Shown: positions 1 to 9,382 of the stretch, in pieces
How the letters are laid out: every line of letters begins with the position of its first letter
Position numbering within the stretch: the first letter of the stretch is position 1
Source: a virus
Lineage: Duplodnaviria > Caudoviricetes
DNA length: 58,209 bases
Reading direction: 5' to 3' (one strand)
IMG/VR virus record: IMGVR_UViG_3300034012_000235
Span: 1-58,209 of that record
The notes under the pieces: model-generated
What the model was told of the DNA's origin: nothing
The model's database searches: none
What the model saw: only the letters and a program-made list of their open reading frames with translations
Program-made: the position numbers and the translations under genes

Positions 1-67
1 TTACGCCGCAGGGTGCTGCCGCGATACCGGGCCACGCCAAGATTGTAAGCAAAGTCGGCCATAGCAC
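1..67. repeat. 67-bp direct repeat identical to 58143-58209 (circular-assembly overlap)
   Basis: Bases 1-67 match the last 67 bases exactly; the endolysin frame continues across the join. Confidence 0.95.
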
Positions 68-341
68 CAAGGGCTTTGGGGTAAGCAATCAAGCTCGGCG
101 AAGCCTTCAAAACCCCTGCCAGATAGTTTGTCTGTAGCTCAGACAGCAACCACTCGTCCGCAATCTCCTTGGTGATCTCGGGATGCTCCATCGTCACCTT
201 GGTGCCGTCTGGCTTGAAAACGGTCCCATATCCAATCGTTGGGTAGCCCGCTGGGCAGATGTACGGCTTCAGCCGCAGCCCTTCGAAGGGCCGACACAGA
301 GCAGCAGCAATGTCTACCGCCTCACTTACTGGACCGCTCAT
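1..341 (-). CDS. Endolysin, GH24 lysozyme, 5' part (joins 58142..58016; 155 aa total)
   Basis: Manual translation from ATG at 341: MSGPVSEAVDIAAALCRPFEGLRLKPYICPAGYPTIGYG; E-x8-C-x5-T catalytic pattern; FAYNLG motif; 341+127 nt = 156 codons. Confidence 0.9.
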   Translation of the reverse strand, partial: MSGPVSEAVDIAAALCRPFEGLRLKPYICPAGYPTIGYGTVFKPDGTKVTMEHPEITKEIADEWLLSELQTNYLAGVLKASPSLIAYPKALGAMADFAYNLGVARYRGSTLRR

Positions 342-795
342 ACACCCGTCCGACAAACCAGAAGGAGATGATCATGTTGAAGACGGCGAGATCGTCTGCG
401 CCCCACATCGTGACCAGCACCTCCTTCCAGTTTCCGTTTTGGTCCATGGCGATCAGGAAGGCAGCAATCTTCACAGAGGCGTACAGGGCCAGGAAGGAGT
501 AGGTGACCATCGGGCGCACCAGCGCTGAGATCGCGGAGACAAACCACCCGGCATTCTTGGCGGTCTCGGACTGCTCCTTGAACGCCTGGGCCATCGTGTC
601 CATCTCGGCCATCGTCATCTGCGCTTCGACCTGCCGCATGGCGATCTCACCACGGATCTTGGCAAACTCCATCTCGGCTTCAACCATGCGAAGCTCATGC
701 GCCCGTTCATTCTTCTTGTCAAAGAGTTTGAACACCTCTGGCGCAAGGCGCAGGATACCCCCAAACAAACCACCGATTAGCGACTCAAACATCAC
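322..795 (-). CDS. Putative holin (3TM / GTA-holin-like)
   Basis: Hydrophobic segments, SALVRPMVTY and IISFWFVGR motifs; directly upstream of the endolysin. Confidence 0.7.
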   Translation of the reverse strand: MMFESLIGGLFGGILRLAPEVFKLFDKKNERAHELRMVEAEMEFAKIRGEIAMRQVEAQMTMAEMDTMAQAFKEQSETAKNAGWFVSAISALVRPMVTYSFLALYASVKIAAFLIAMDQNGNWKEVLVTMWGADDLAVFNMIISFWFVGRVYERSSK

Positions 796-1064
796 TTAGC
801 CCCTTTGATACGTTCGCGCTCTTCAAGCAGCCGGACCTTGACCTGAAGCTCGTTGATATGCGCCATCAGTTGCTCTTTGAGGATGGCACGCTTCTCAGCA
901 GAGATTGGACTATCAGTTGGCACGCCGGTAGATGTGATGAGCGCAGGCATGGAACCTTCGATCTTGGTCAGACGCTCAGAGAAAGAGTTCACCTGCCCAA
1001 GAAGCCATGCCAAAGCCGCAACCACGATTGGTATGATGGCTTTTAGAGTGTCGGCCCAGGTCAT
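792..1064 (-). CDS. Membrane-anchored coiled-coil protein in the lysis region
   Basis: N-terminal TM segment IIPIVVAALAWLLG, C-terminal heptads; overlaps holin start. Confidence 0.6.
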   Translation of the reverse strand: MTWADTLKAIIPIVVAALAWLLGQVNSFSERLTKIEGSMPALITSTGVPTDSPISAEKRAILKEQLMAHINELQVKVRLLEERERIKGAK

Positions 1065-1067
1065 AGG

Positions 1068-1430
1068 TCAGATCGTCACATTGCCCGTGATGGTCACGTT
1101 GCCCGGTATCGTACCGTTCGGCGACGGCGGTGGGGGTGGGGGTGGGGGTGGGGGTGGGGGTGGGGGTGGGGGTGTTGGTGTTGGTGGTGTTGGTGCTGGC
1201 GGGTCGGTGTGAATGGGATAATCCACCCACTGCGTCTCGCTCTGGCTCCACTTCCACACATAGCCCTCGACCGGCGCGGGCTCCACAGGCCGCACCACCC
1301 ACCCAGGTGGGCACCACCAGACTGTTTCCTCGCCGGGTCCAGGCAGCGGAGGCTCAGGCACCTCCACCCAGCCGGGTGTGCCGTCCGTCTCAGGCTTCGG
1401 GATGGAGCCGTTTTTGCTGTAGAGCGTCAT
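1068..1430 (-). CDS. Proline-rich fibre-associated protein (likely start MTLYSK at 1430)
   Basis: ATG overlaps the upstream stop; Trp/Pro-rich N-domain typical of fibre-adjacent genes; poly-Pro tail. Confidence 0.65.
   Translation of the reverse strand: MTLYSKNGSIPKPETDGTPGWVEVPEPPLPGPGEETVWWCPPGWVVRPVEPAPVEGYVWKWSQSETQWVDYPIHTDPPAPTPPTPTPPPPPPPPPPPPPPPPSPNGTIPGNVTITGNVTI
1131..1172. repeat. (TGGGGG)7 perfect hexamer repeat encoding poly-proline
   Basis: Seven exact copies read directly from the sequence. Confidence 0.95.
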
Positions 1431-1834
1431 GCGTAGAACCCCGTTGGCGTCCATTTCCAATCCAGAGGACGCTCAGCCCACCCGCCAATACCCGAACCCT
1501 TGATGTAGCCCGGAATCTCTTTCCTGCGCTTCTCCACAACTGCCAGCGCAGCAGGCAGACCTTGCTTGACAGTCGTTTCCTTGGAAATTGCCACCAAGTT
1601 GTGGTAAGCCTCGCCGTCCCAGAACGGGCCGACATGCACAGTCTTTTCCGTGTTGCGGTCAATTTCAATGTCGTTGATATGCCGCCCGTAGCCGTTGGCC
1701 TTTAGCCATTCGTCAGTGGGTTCTTTCGGGCCGTCATAGACCAGTACACCAACCTCGTCATCCTCACCGTCGTATTCAGTGGGGTAGTCGGTGTCGATGC
1801 ACTTCTGATCGCAGTGTCGAATGAGGAATGTCAT
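1427..1834 (-). CDS. Hypothetical protein (135 aa)
   Basis: ORF coupled by 4-nt overlaps to both neighbours. Confidence 0.6.
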   Translation of the reverse strand: MTFLIRHCDQKCIDTDYPTEYDGEDDEVGVLVYDGPKEPTDEWLKANGYGRHINDIEIDRNTEKTVHVGPFWDGEAYHNLVAISKETTVKQGLPAALAVVEKRRKEIPGYIKGSGIGGWAERPLDWKWTPTGFYA

Positions 1835-4800
1835 AGCGTCGGGAAGGCTGAGGTGGGGGTAGAAGTCGTGCGGGCGTATCCGTTGGTGATGCGGACATCC
1901 TGCAAGTAGCCGTTCAACACAGCACCGGCCACGCGGTCAGCGCCAACATACAGCACGTTGGTTTGGTTGAAGTTGTCGTTCACCGCGCCCGCGCTGGTGG
2001 CGTCAGTGGCTCCATCCAGAATAACCCGCAGGTTGCCCGATGCCGTGCCAGACCGAACCACAGCAAAGTAGTACCAAGTGCCGGATGCCAGAGAGGTAGC
2101 GCCTGTCAGTTGCGTGGCGGTGTAGCTGAACTGCAGCTTGTTGCCCGAGGTGACGTTTACCGACCAGCCCGTGGTGGCCGTGCCCTTACTCACCAGCCCG
2201 TAGGCCACGCCTGTTGCAGTCAGGTAGACCCAGCCTTCAATGGTGAAGTCGCCTGTGCCAATGCGCAGTTCTGGCTTGTCAATGACGGCCACATAGTCGC
2301 CCGTACCATCAAACGACATGCTGGTTGGTGACCACTTCGCCTGCGTGGTGCTGACCTGCGCATTGCCCACTGTCTGACCATTGTTGATCGTGGCCGCGTC
2401 AAAGATGCCTGCGTTGGTGAAGTTCAGCAGCAGGCTGGTGTTCGTGATTGCTGTGACGGGAGAGATGGGCGGGGTGAATGCGCTGGTGTAGACGGCGGTG
2501 CCGACCACAACCCGTGCATTAGATATATAACCTGTATAGTTATCAGCAAAAGACCCTGTGTTGCTACCAAAAAATATTGTTGTGTTTGCGTTTACCCAAC
2601 TTACAGTTCCTGACGCAATAGAAACACCATTTAGATAAATTGCTGTGGTGCTGCCACTTTTGACTAAAGCAATGTGCTGCCACGAATTTAACGTCGGTGA
2701 AACTACAGATGCAAGAACATTACCAGTACCAAACTGATTTATTGCAAAAGCATTACTGGCGCCGGACGGAATTAAGCCATATATGTTGCCAGACGAAGGC
2801 GTAACCACAATATATCTAGCGCCACCACTATTTAAACTTTGGCTATAAAACCATGCCTCGATTGTCCAGTCACCAGTAGAAAGATTAAAAACAGAACTTT
2901 GTGGAGGAACCAAAGAGTCCCCCGTCCCATCAAAATACGCCGTGCCAGGGTACGCCTTCAGCACATAGTTGCTGAACGGCTGGAATGTTCTCGGGGTCGA
3001 ATTGCCGTTGACCGTGATAGCAAACTTGTTGATGCTGTTGTCAACGAAGCGATTGTCTTGGCAGGCCAGTAGCGAAGTGTTGGTGATGGCGGTGAGGGGA
3101 GTTGTGGGGACGGTGATGGTCGAAGACGCAGCGTTGTACGCGGATGAGCCTTTAAGAACACGGGCGTTAGAAATATAACCCTGCAACTGCCGCGTAGAAG
3201 CATTTGCGAACCACTGTCCACCGATTGTCATCGTTCCGCCAGCCCCAACGGTGGCCGACGTAGTAGCAGTTGCTACGCGGGTTCCGTTTACAAACAACGA
3301 AAGCGTTGATCCGCTACGGCAAGCGACAGCGTGTACCCACTGATTAATTGGGAATAGTGTTGTGTCAACAATAGTGTTTGCAGCCCCTGTTGCATACGCA
3401 AGCGCAAGGTATCCAGACGGATCAAGTTGAAAGCTGCATGTAGCTGAGCCAGTTGCGCCAGCAACACCATAGCTTATAATTCCTTGAACAAACGTATTAG
3501 TTTGCCTAGTTGCAAACACCCACGCTTCATAACTAAAGTCCCCGTTTCCAATTTCAAACGCAGCGTTATTGGCAAGGGTGAGTTCATCACCGTTCCCATC
3601 AAAATACCCACTGTAGTACCCCACAGCATTGTATGGGTCGAAGGGCGAGACGGCGCGGGTAACGGTATTGCCGTTGACAGTGATGGTGAAGTTGTTAGTG
3701 CTGTTGTCAACGAACGTACTGCTCTGGCAAGTGAGCAGGCTGGTGTTGGTGATTGCGGTGAGGGGGGCTGCAGGCGGGATGAAGTTGGCTGTGTAGACGG
3801 CGGTGCCTTTGACGATGCGGACATTGGAGATGTAGCCTGTAGCTAGCTGAGTGCCCCCGCTTGAAGCGCCAATAGTCAACGCATTTGTTGCATTAGCAAG
3901 TGCGCTAGAACTTGTTGTAGATCCGCTTCCGGCAGCAGCGCCATTCAAATAAAGTTGGAATGTAGTCCCGGAACGTACAAACGCAACGTGATTCCAAGCA
4001 TTTAGGTCTAACGCTGATGTTGATACAAGGTCAAACAAAACTGTTGACCCATTACTTGATGTTGCGGCGCGTAAAAATCTGCTTGAGTTATTGCTTGTAA
4101 ACAATACCCACGCTAACCCGCTTCCACCTCCTACCCCATCCCATTGACCAACAATAATTTGTTGAGCGTTTGAGGTGGTTGGGTAATACCAAGCCTCAAT
4201 TGTAAAATCGCCTGTCCCAAAATCCCAAGCAGCGTTATCTGGGACACTCAGGTAATCCCCCGTCCCATCAAAATACCCGCTCCACCCGTAAGCAACGGGG
4301 GCGTAAGGCTGGGGGATATTCAGCGGCGCGAACTTGCTGATGCGCGTGTCACCATTCACCGTGATGGCAAAGGCGTTGGTGCTGTTGTCAATGAAGCGGT
4401 TGTCCTGCAAGCACAGCAGGCTGGTGTTCGTGATGGCGGTGAGGGGCGTGGTCGGCGGGGTGAAGTTGGCGGTGTAGACGGCAGTGCCCACAACCATACG
4501 GGCATTTGCAATATATCCAGTAAACAGTAGTTCGGTAGTGCCCCCAACCGCACCTACTACAACGGCTTGTGTCAAATCCTGTACCGCGCCTGTTTGTGTG
4601 TAAGTCCCAACAGAAGTGCCGTTGTGGTATAGCGTAAATGTGTTGCTGTTTCTGACTAAAGCCACATGCAGCCACACGTTGTTTGGAACTGTAGCCGTTA
4701 TTACGCTTTGCCGCCAAGTGCCTCCAATAGTAGCAGAAAAATCTCCAGCCGCAAACCCCCATCCAGTTGCAGATACAGCTGGGCGTCTGTTGATAATTGA

Positions 4801-5130
4801 CCCAATAGTGCCGCTTGTTTGGTAAATCCACGCCTCTAAAGTAAAATTACTTGAGGCCAAATTAAACGCTGCATTACTTGCCAATGAAAGCGTATCCCCC
4901 GTCCCATCAAAGAACCCGCTCCAGTACCCGCTGGGCATGTACGGATTGAACGACCCCTGCGTGGTGTCGCCGTTGCGGGTTATGCTGAAGTTGTTGGTGC
5001 TGCTGTCGAGGAACGTGTTGTTCTGAGCGCCGTTGGTTGCGCTGGTGTTCAGCAGCAGGGTGACATAGCGGAAAAACGCGTCCGTGGCCGCCTTCAGGGA
5101 CGCAACAACGCCGTGCAGTACGCCGCTCAT
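1831..5130 (-). CDS. Fibre / receptor-binding protein with five LamG (concanavalin A-like) domains
   Basis: Five modules, each FDG[TN]GD...[DN]-[FW]-[TS]-x-E-x-W...W-x-[HY]...GY[IL]-x-[ND]-x-R; PLTAITNTSLL-type linkers. Confidence 0.85.
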   Translation of the reverse strand: MSGVLHGVVASLKAATDAFFRYVTLLLNTSATNGAQNNTFLDSSTNNFSITRNGDTTQGSFNPYMPSGYWSGFFDGTGDTLSLASNAAFNLASSNFTLEAWIYQTSGTIGSIINRRPAVSATGWGFAAGDFSATIGGTWRQSVITATVPNNVWLHVALVRNSNTFTLYHNGTSVGTYTQTGAVQDLTQAVVVGAVGGTTELLFTGYIANARMVVGTAVYTANFTPPTTPLTAITNTSLLCLQDNRFIDNSTNAFAITVNGDTRISKFAPLNIPQPYAPVAYGWSGYFDGTGDYLSVPDNAAWDFGTGDFTIEAWYYPTTSNAQQIIVGQWDGVGGGSGLAWVLFTSNNSSRFLRAATSSNGSTVLFDLVSTSALDLNAWNHVAFVRSGTTFQLYLNGAAAGSGSTTSSSALANATNALTIGASSGGTQLATGYISNVRIVKGTAVYTANFIPPAAPLTAITNTSLLTCQSSTFVDNSTNNFTITVNGNTVTRAVSPFDPYNAVGYYSGYFDGNGDELTLANNAAFEIGNGDFSYEAWVFATRQTNTFVQGIISYGVAGATGSATCSFQLDPSGYLALAYATGAANTIVDTTLFPINQWVHAVACRSGSTLSLFVNGTRVATATTSATVGAGGTMTIGGQWFANASTRQLQGYISNARVLKGSSAYNAASSTITVPTTPLTAITNTSLLACQDNRFVDNSINKFAITVNGNSTPRTFQPFSNYVLKAYPGTAYFDGTGDSLVPPQSSVFNLSTGDWTIEAWFYSQSLNSGGARYIVVTPSSGNIYGLIPSGASNAFAINQFGTGNVLASVVSPTLNSWQHIALVKSGSTTAIYLNGVSIASGTVSWVNANTTIFFGSNTGSFADNYTGYISNARVVVGTAVYTSAFTPPISPVTAITNTSLLLNFTNAGIFDAATINNGQTVGNAQVSTTQAKWSPTSMSFDGTGDYVAVIDKPELRIGTGDFTIEGWVYLTATGVAYGLVSKGTATTGWSVNVTSGNKLQFSYTATQLTGATSLASGTWYYFAVVRSGTASGNLRVILDGATDATSAGAVNDNFNQTNVLYVGADRVAGAVLNGYLQDVRITNGYARTTSTPTSAFPTL

Positions 5131-5132
5131 GG

Positions 5133-6407
5133 TCAGGTAAGCCCGTTGCCAGAGATGATCCAGCTTGTGCTGGTTACTTTGATTGCCGTCGCTATACCGT
5201 AAGCTGCCAGCGTTCTACTGCCAGTTGTGCCTACGCCCGCGAGGTACATCGTATCTGTGGTGATAGCGATGGTCACGGTGTTGATCATGTTGACGAACGT
5301 GATCGTGGTGCCCACTGGAAACGCCACCGAGCCGTTGGCTGGGATCGTGAACGTGCGGGCGTTGTTGTCCGTAATCGGGTGAACAATCGAATCCCCTGCG
5401 TCACCTGCTACCAGTGTGTAATTGGCGCTCTGCGAGTTTTGGGGCATCCCGGTGTAGCCCACCGAGTCCACCACGTTGGTCGCAGGAACCACAGACCCAC
5501 CAAATGTCTGCGTTCCAGTAAAGGTCTGCGCCGCATCCGTCCGGGCAATCGTTGCGCTCGTTGTCGGGAACGTCATCGTTGTCGAATCAGTTCCGCTCAG
5601 CGTCAGGGTGTTGTTAAGCGTAAACGTCTTGCCGTCAGCAATCGTGACTGTTGCACTCGTTGCCGGTGCGGTAAACGCAACCTTGTTGATGCTGGTGGCA
5701 GTAGCCACGCCAAGTGACGGTGTGGTCAGGCTTGGACTTGTTGCGAATACCAGCGATCCAGAACCCGTCTCGTCCGTCACCGCCGCCGCAAGGTTTGCCG
5801 AACTTGGCGTTCCAAGGAAAGTGGCGACTCCAGTACCTAGACCAGAAATTCCTGTGCTGACTGGCAAAGCTGTTGCGTTTGTCAGATCGCCAGATGATGG
5901 CGTACCCAAAGCTCCGCCATTGACAACAAACGCACCGGCAGTCCCCGTATTGACTCCAAGGGCAGTTACTACACCAGTACCCGTCGTGACCGTTGACGGA
6001 GCCGCTCCAGCGCCGCCGCCAACTACAAGAGCATTTGCAGCCAATGCAGCAGAACTTGTGATCGCAGAAGTGCTGCTGAAGTACGGAACACCGCCAGAAG
6101 TCCCAGAGGCGAGTCCAGTACCACCTTGAGCGACTGTGACAGTAGCCGCCTGCTTGATCAGCTTGCCAGTAACTCCGTCAAATGCAGCCAAGTTGTTGTT
6201 TGTCGCAGAAGCAGGGCCTACAACATCCCCGTTTGCGCCTGCTTTACTCGCAATAACTTGAACAACACCGCCGCTGTCCTTGTAAAACAGCTTGCCATCA
6301 GCGGTGTTAATTGCAAGCTCACCCGCGGCTAAGTTGCCTGCAATTGGCGCAGCACTTGCCGTAGAAGAGTTGTAAAGCTGAATCGGGGTGTATCCAGTTT
6401 GTGCCAT
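5133..6407 (-). CDS. Tail fibre / fibre-base structural protein
   Basis: N-terminal GELAINTADGKLFYKD motif, Gly/Thr/Ala-rich shaft, C-terminal W-I-I-S-G-N-G-L domain. Confidence 0.75.
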   Translation of the reverse strand: MAQTGYTPIQLYNSSTASAAPIAGNLAAGELAINTADGKLFYKDSGGVVQVIASKAGANGDVVGPASATNNNLAAFDGVTGKLIKQAATVTVAQGGTGLASGTSGGVPYFSSTSAITSSAALAANALVVGGGAGAAPSTVTTGTGVVTALGVNTGTAGAFVVNGGALGTPSSGDLTNATALPVSTGISGLGTGVATFLGTPSSANLAAAVTDETGSGSLVFATSPSLTTPSLGVATATSINKVAFTAPATSATVTIADGKTFTLNNTLTLSGTDSTTMTFPTTSATIARTDAAQTFTGTQTFGGSVVPATNVVDSVGYTGMPQNSQSANYTLVAGDAGDSIVHPITDNNARTFTIPANGSVAFPVGTTITFVNMINTVTIAITTDTMYLAGVGTTGSRTLAAYGIATAIKVTSTSWIISGNGLT

Positions 6408-7796
6408 TTAGAAGGTTCCTCCAGAGATGCCAGACCATACCGGAGTACCGGCACCAGCAGATGTCAATACTTGCCCAGCAGTGCCATTCGAAATAAACGA
6501 AGTGGCTCCAGCGGCTGTTTGATACGGGATTTGACTTGCTGCCCCACCCGCAAGGTTTGAAGCGGTCGTGGCCGATCCTGCAGTCGTAGCAGAGCCAACA
6601 GACAGAGTTGATTGCGCCACATACTGCGGTGCGCTCAGCCCTGCAACCAGCACATACGTTGATGTGCCTAGCGTTAGAGCCGAAGTAAGGCCAGGGCTTG
6701 TCTGATAAAGCAGCGCCCCAGAAGTGCCGTTGGCAATGTTGTTGGCCGTAATTGCACTTGTTGCAGAGCCTGCAGTTGCCGCAGACCCCGCAGATGTTGC
6801 ATAACCGACTGACAAGCTAGATTGAGCTACATACTCAGGTGCCGAGGCTCCAGCCGCCAGAACATAGGTTGCAGTTCCTAAAGCCAGTTTAGATAACGCC
6901 GTGGCACTAGATGCATACAGCAAATCACCGACAGAATAAGAACTAAGCCCAGTTCCGCCGCTGTCTGCGTCAAGTGTTCCACCTAATGTCAATACGCCAA
7001 CACTTGTGATCGGACCGCCAGTAAAAGTCAGGCCCGTTGTGCCGCCAGAGGCATCTACAGAGACAACCCCATAACCGGAAATGATCTGACCCCAAGCACC
7101 AGATGCATAGCCTTCAAATGTCCCGATATCCGTGTTGTATCGAAACATGCCATTAGTGGCACCAGATGGCCGATCAGCCGTCCCACCAACAGGAACCTTG
7201 ACGTATTCAACCCCAGGCAGCGTTGGGTTGTCAGAGATTCCAATCGTAGGATTGCCAAGAGCGCCGCTGCCGTTAGCTACGTCAATCTCATTGGCCGTTC
7301 CCTGAATCGTTCGAGGGACAATTGATCCATTGTTCGGAAGCGCGACCAAACCAGCGCCTGAAGCAGTCGCCAACGAAGCAACTTGGCCCGTCAGAGAGAA
7401 AGTAGGATTCCCTGAGATGCCATTGCCGTTAGAAACAGACAATCCAGAGCCGCTTGTCTGGAATGATCTTGAGACAACAGAAGACGCAGAATCCTTGACA
7501 ACAAAGCCCGTAGAAGCAGCTTCTAGGCTTCCAGAAGCCCTGTTCAGCGTGATCCGGTAGAAGGATTGAGCCCCGCCATCCGTCAGGCCAACGCCAAGAC
7601 CGCTAGACAGGTATCGGCTGTTAGGGAGGGATGCCTCTGTATTGAGCGTCAGAAACGTCTGAGTCTGACTGGGAGAAGCCGCAATCGCACCCGTAGTCGT
7701 CTGGACTGTCTGCCCGTTCTGGACAATCGGTACAGACTCCGTACCAGTGATTGGTCCAGCAGCAGGCAATTGAACGATTGTGACTTGTGCGCTCAT
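6408..7796 (-). CDS. Tail fibre-like structural protein
   Basis: G/S/T-rich; GTADRP...GMFRYNTD fibre motif; GGTG repeats; ends GGTF. Confidence 0.7.
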   Translation of the reverse strand: MSAQVTIVQLPAAGPITGTESVPIVQNGQTVQTTTGAIAASPSQTQTFLTLNTEASLPNSRYLSSGLGVGLTDGGAQSFYRITLNRASGSLEAASTGFVVKDSASSVVSRSFQTSGSGLSVSNGNGISGNPTFSLTGQVASLATASGAGLVALPNNGSIVPRTIQGTANEIDVANGSGALGNPTIGISDNPTLPGVEYVKVPVGGTADRPSGATNGMFRYNTDIGTFEGYASGAWGQIISGYGVVSVDASGGTTGLTFTGGPITSVGVLTLGGTLDADSGGTGLSSYSVGDLLYASSATALSKLALGTATYVLAAGASAPEYVAQSSLSVGYATSAGSAATAGSATSAITANNIANGTSGALLYQTSPGLTSALTLGTSTYVLVAGLSAPQYVAQSTLSVGSATTAGSATTASNLAGGAASQIPYQTAAGATSFISNGTAGQVLTSAGAGTPVWSGISGGTF

Positions 7797-8137
7797 TCTG
7801 GACTCGGTACAAGGATGTCAAGATTCCCGTTGTTCTCAGGAGTCTGCGTGTTTTGCTGAGTTGACAAGAATGTGTTGTTACCTTCTTGCGTCAAGATTCC
7901 GTTTGGCGGAACAGCCACGCTGACATCTGGCCTGGGGAACCGAATCGTGATTCGCTCCGTCTTCCTAGCAGGTAGTCTATACGGATCGAAGTTGTCTGCA
8001 CACCCCTCGTTGCAGACCTGCAAGCCAGGGAAATTCGGGTCAGACCTCATCACCGAATGAGCACGCTTCATGCGACACCTGTCGCAAACTGCGATTGCAA
8101 GGTCAGAGTTCCCACGGGTATCAAGAAAGCGCGGCAT
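7793..8137 (-). CDS. Cys-rich (Zn-binding-like) virion-region protein
   Basis: CDRC...CNEGC motif, RFPRPD; position between adaptor and fibres. Confidence 0.65.
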   Translation of the reverse strand: MPRFLDTRGNSDLAIAVCDRCRMKRAHSVMRSDPNFPGLQVCNEGCADNFDPYRLPARKTERITIRFPRPDVSVAVPPNGILTQEGNNTFLSTQQNTQTPENNGNLDILVPSPE

Positions 8138-8140
8138 ACG

Positions 8141-9202
8141 TCACCTTGTGTAGCACGCTATGCCGGGCGCGAAAAATATTGGCGCCTTGTCGCGCTCTTC
8201 CTGCTCGGCTTGGTTCAGGTACTTCTCAGCCTGCCCCTCAAGGTACTGAATCCGCGCCACATCAACCCCAGGAAGCTCCAGGCTCATCTGGTGAGCCAGC
8301 ATGCTTTGGATGGCAAGAAACCATCTCTGGGGGATCTCAAGCTCTCCTGACAGATCGCCCACATCCATGATCTGCCTGGAATACCAGACCGTCATCTGTA
8401 CGAATGGGTCAGAAGGAACCGGCCACAGATACATCTTAGGCACTGGGATCGTGCGATCAAACCAGAACTGGAACGGCTGATTAGCCGTGAAGTTCTTGTT
8501 TGGCAGGTTGGTGTAGTCATCACGATTCAACCGCGCCATCGTGATCTCAGTAGAGTTGTTGCCCAAGTACAACTCACGCACACTGATCGTGCTGCCGCCA
8601 GTGGCACGCATTCTGTAGTACGGAACACTCTGCCCAGGATCAACGTCATACCACAACCATTGACCATCTACCCATGCCGCAGGGCCAGGGTTGTACAGTG
8701 TGTTCCACGTTATGTTGTCGCTTGAATACTCAAAGACAACATTGGTCGTGCCAGTTGAGGCAGGCATGACACCAATCGAGCCGATGTACACGGGATCAGT
8801 CGATCCGTAGTTGATCGCCACATTCCCGTTGGGGGAAGTCTGCGTGAAGATCGTGTCGATGTTGCTATCAAAGGCGTTTGCGACCGTTCCACCGGCACTT
8901 GATGAATAGCTACCAGAGGGCCTATTCATCCTGCGATACAGCACATTCAGCGCATCATTGGCGCCAAGAGGCAAGTCATAGATGTACTTGTCGGCCTGCA
9001 GACCAATCACAGTCTTGTTGATGGCCCAATACTGGATGCCGATGTTGATCAGGTTGGACAGCAGGAAAAACAACGACTCTTTGGCCGACAGAACCTGCTC
9101 AGAAGTCAATTCTTCTGCCAGTTTCCCGCACCTACGGGCACCGTGATCAATCAGAGTCTGGACAGAAATGACCGTCTGACCAACAGTTCCCGAGTAAGCC
9201 AT
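8141..9202 (-). CDS. Head-tail adaptor-like protein with an inserted beta domain
   Basis: LNRDDYTNLPNK...P-x-Q-F-W-F-D-R...LWPVP motifs; position after the capsid module. Confidence 0.65.
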   Translation of the reverse strand: MAYSGTVGQTVISVQTLIDHGARRCGKLAEELTSEQVLSAKESLFFLLSNLINIGIQYWAINKTVIGLQADKYIYDLPLGANDALNVLYRRMNRPSGSYSSSAGGTVANAFDSNIDTIFTQTSPNGNVAINYGSTDPVYIGSIGVMPASTGTTNVVFEYSSDNITWNTLYNPGPAAWVDGQWLWYDVDPGQSVPYYRMRATGGSTISVRELYLGNNSTEITMARLNRDDYTNLPNKNFTANQPFQFWFDRTIPVPKMYLWPVPSDPFVQMTVWYSRQIMDVGDLSGELEIPQRWFLAIQSMLAHQMSLELPGVDVARIQYLEGQAEKYLNQAEQEERDKAPIFFAPGIACYTR

Positions 9203-9205
9203 TGT

Positions 9206-9382
9206 TTACTCTCTTCCAAAGAGACGCTTGACCGTATCTGTCTCCCAAATACGGATTCCAGTCCAAACAATCGTAAACAAAGCTGCGATGGCAGGTAGGA
9301 ACTCCATAAGCGTCCCCAAAACTGTAGCGACGGATAGAGCATCGACTACATGCTTGGTGGAATCTGACAGTTCTTGCTTCAT
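9206..9382 (-). CDS. Small membrane protein (holin-like)
   Basis: 58 aa from ATG 9382; two hydrophobic segments; IRIWETDTV. Confidence 0.6.
   Translation of the reverse strand: MKQELSDSTKHVVDALSVATVLGTLMEFLPAIAALFTIVWTGIRIWETDTVKRLFGRE

Noticed and set aside
976-1705. Poly-GV, poly-G and poly-PT ORFs in alternative frames
   Set aside because: By-products of the hexamer repeat; only the frame coupled to neighbouring genes is credible.
1831-5130. Diversity-generating retroelement or invertible fibre cassette
   Set aside because: No reverse transcriptase or invertase found; repeats are direct, in-frame and not adenine-specific variants.
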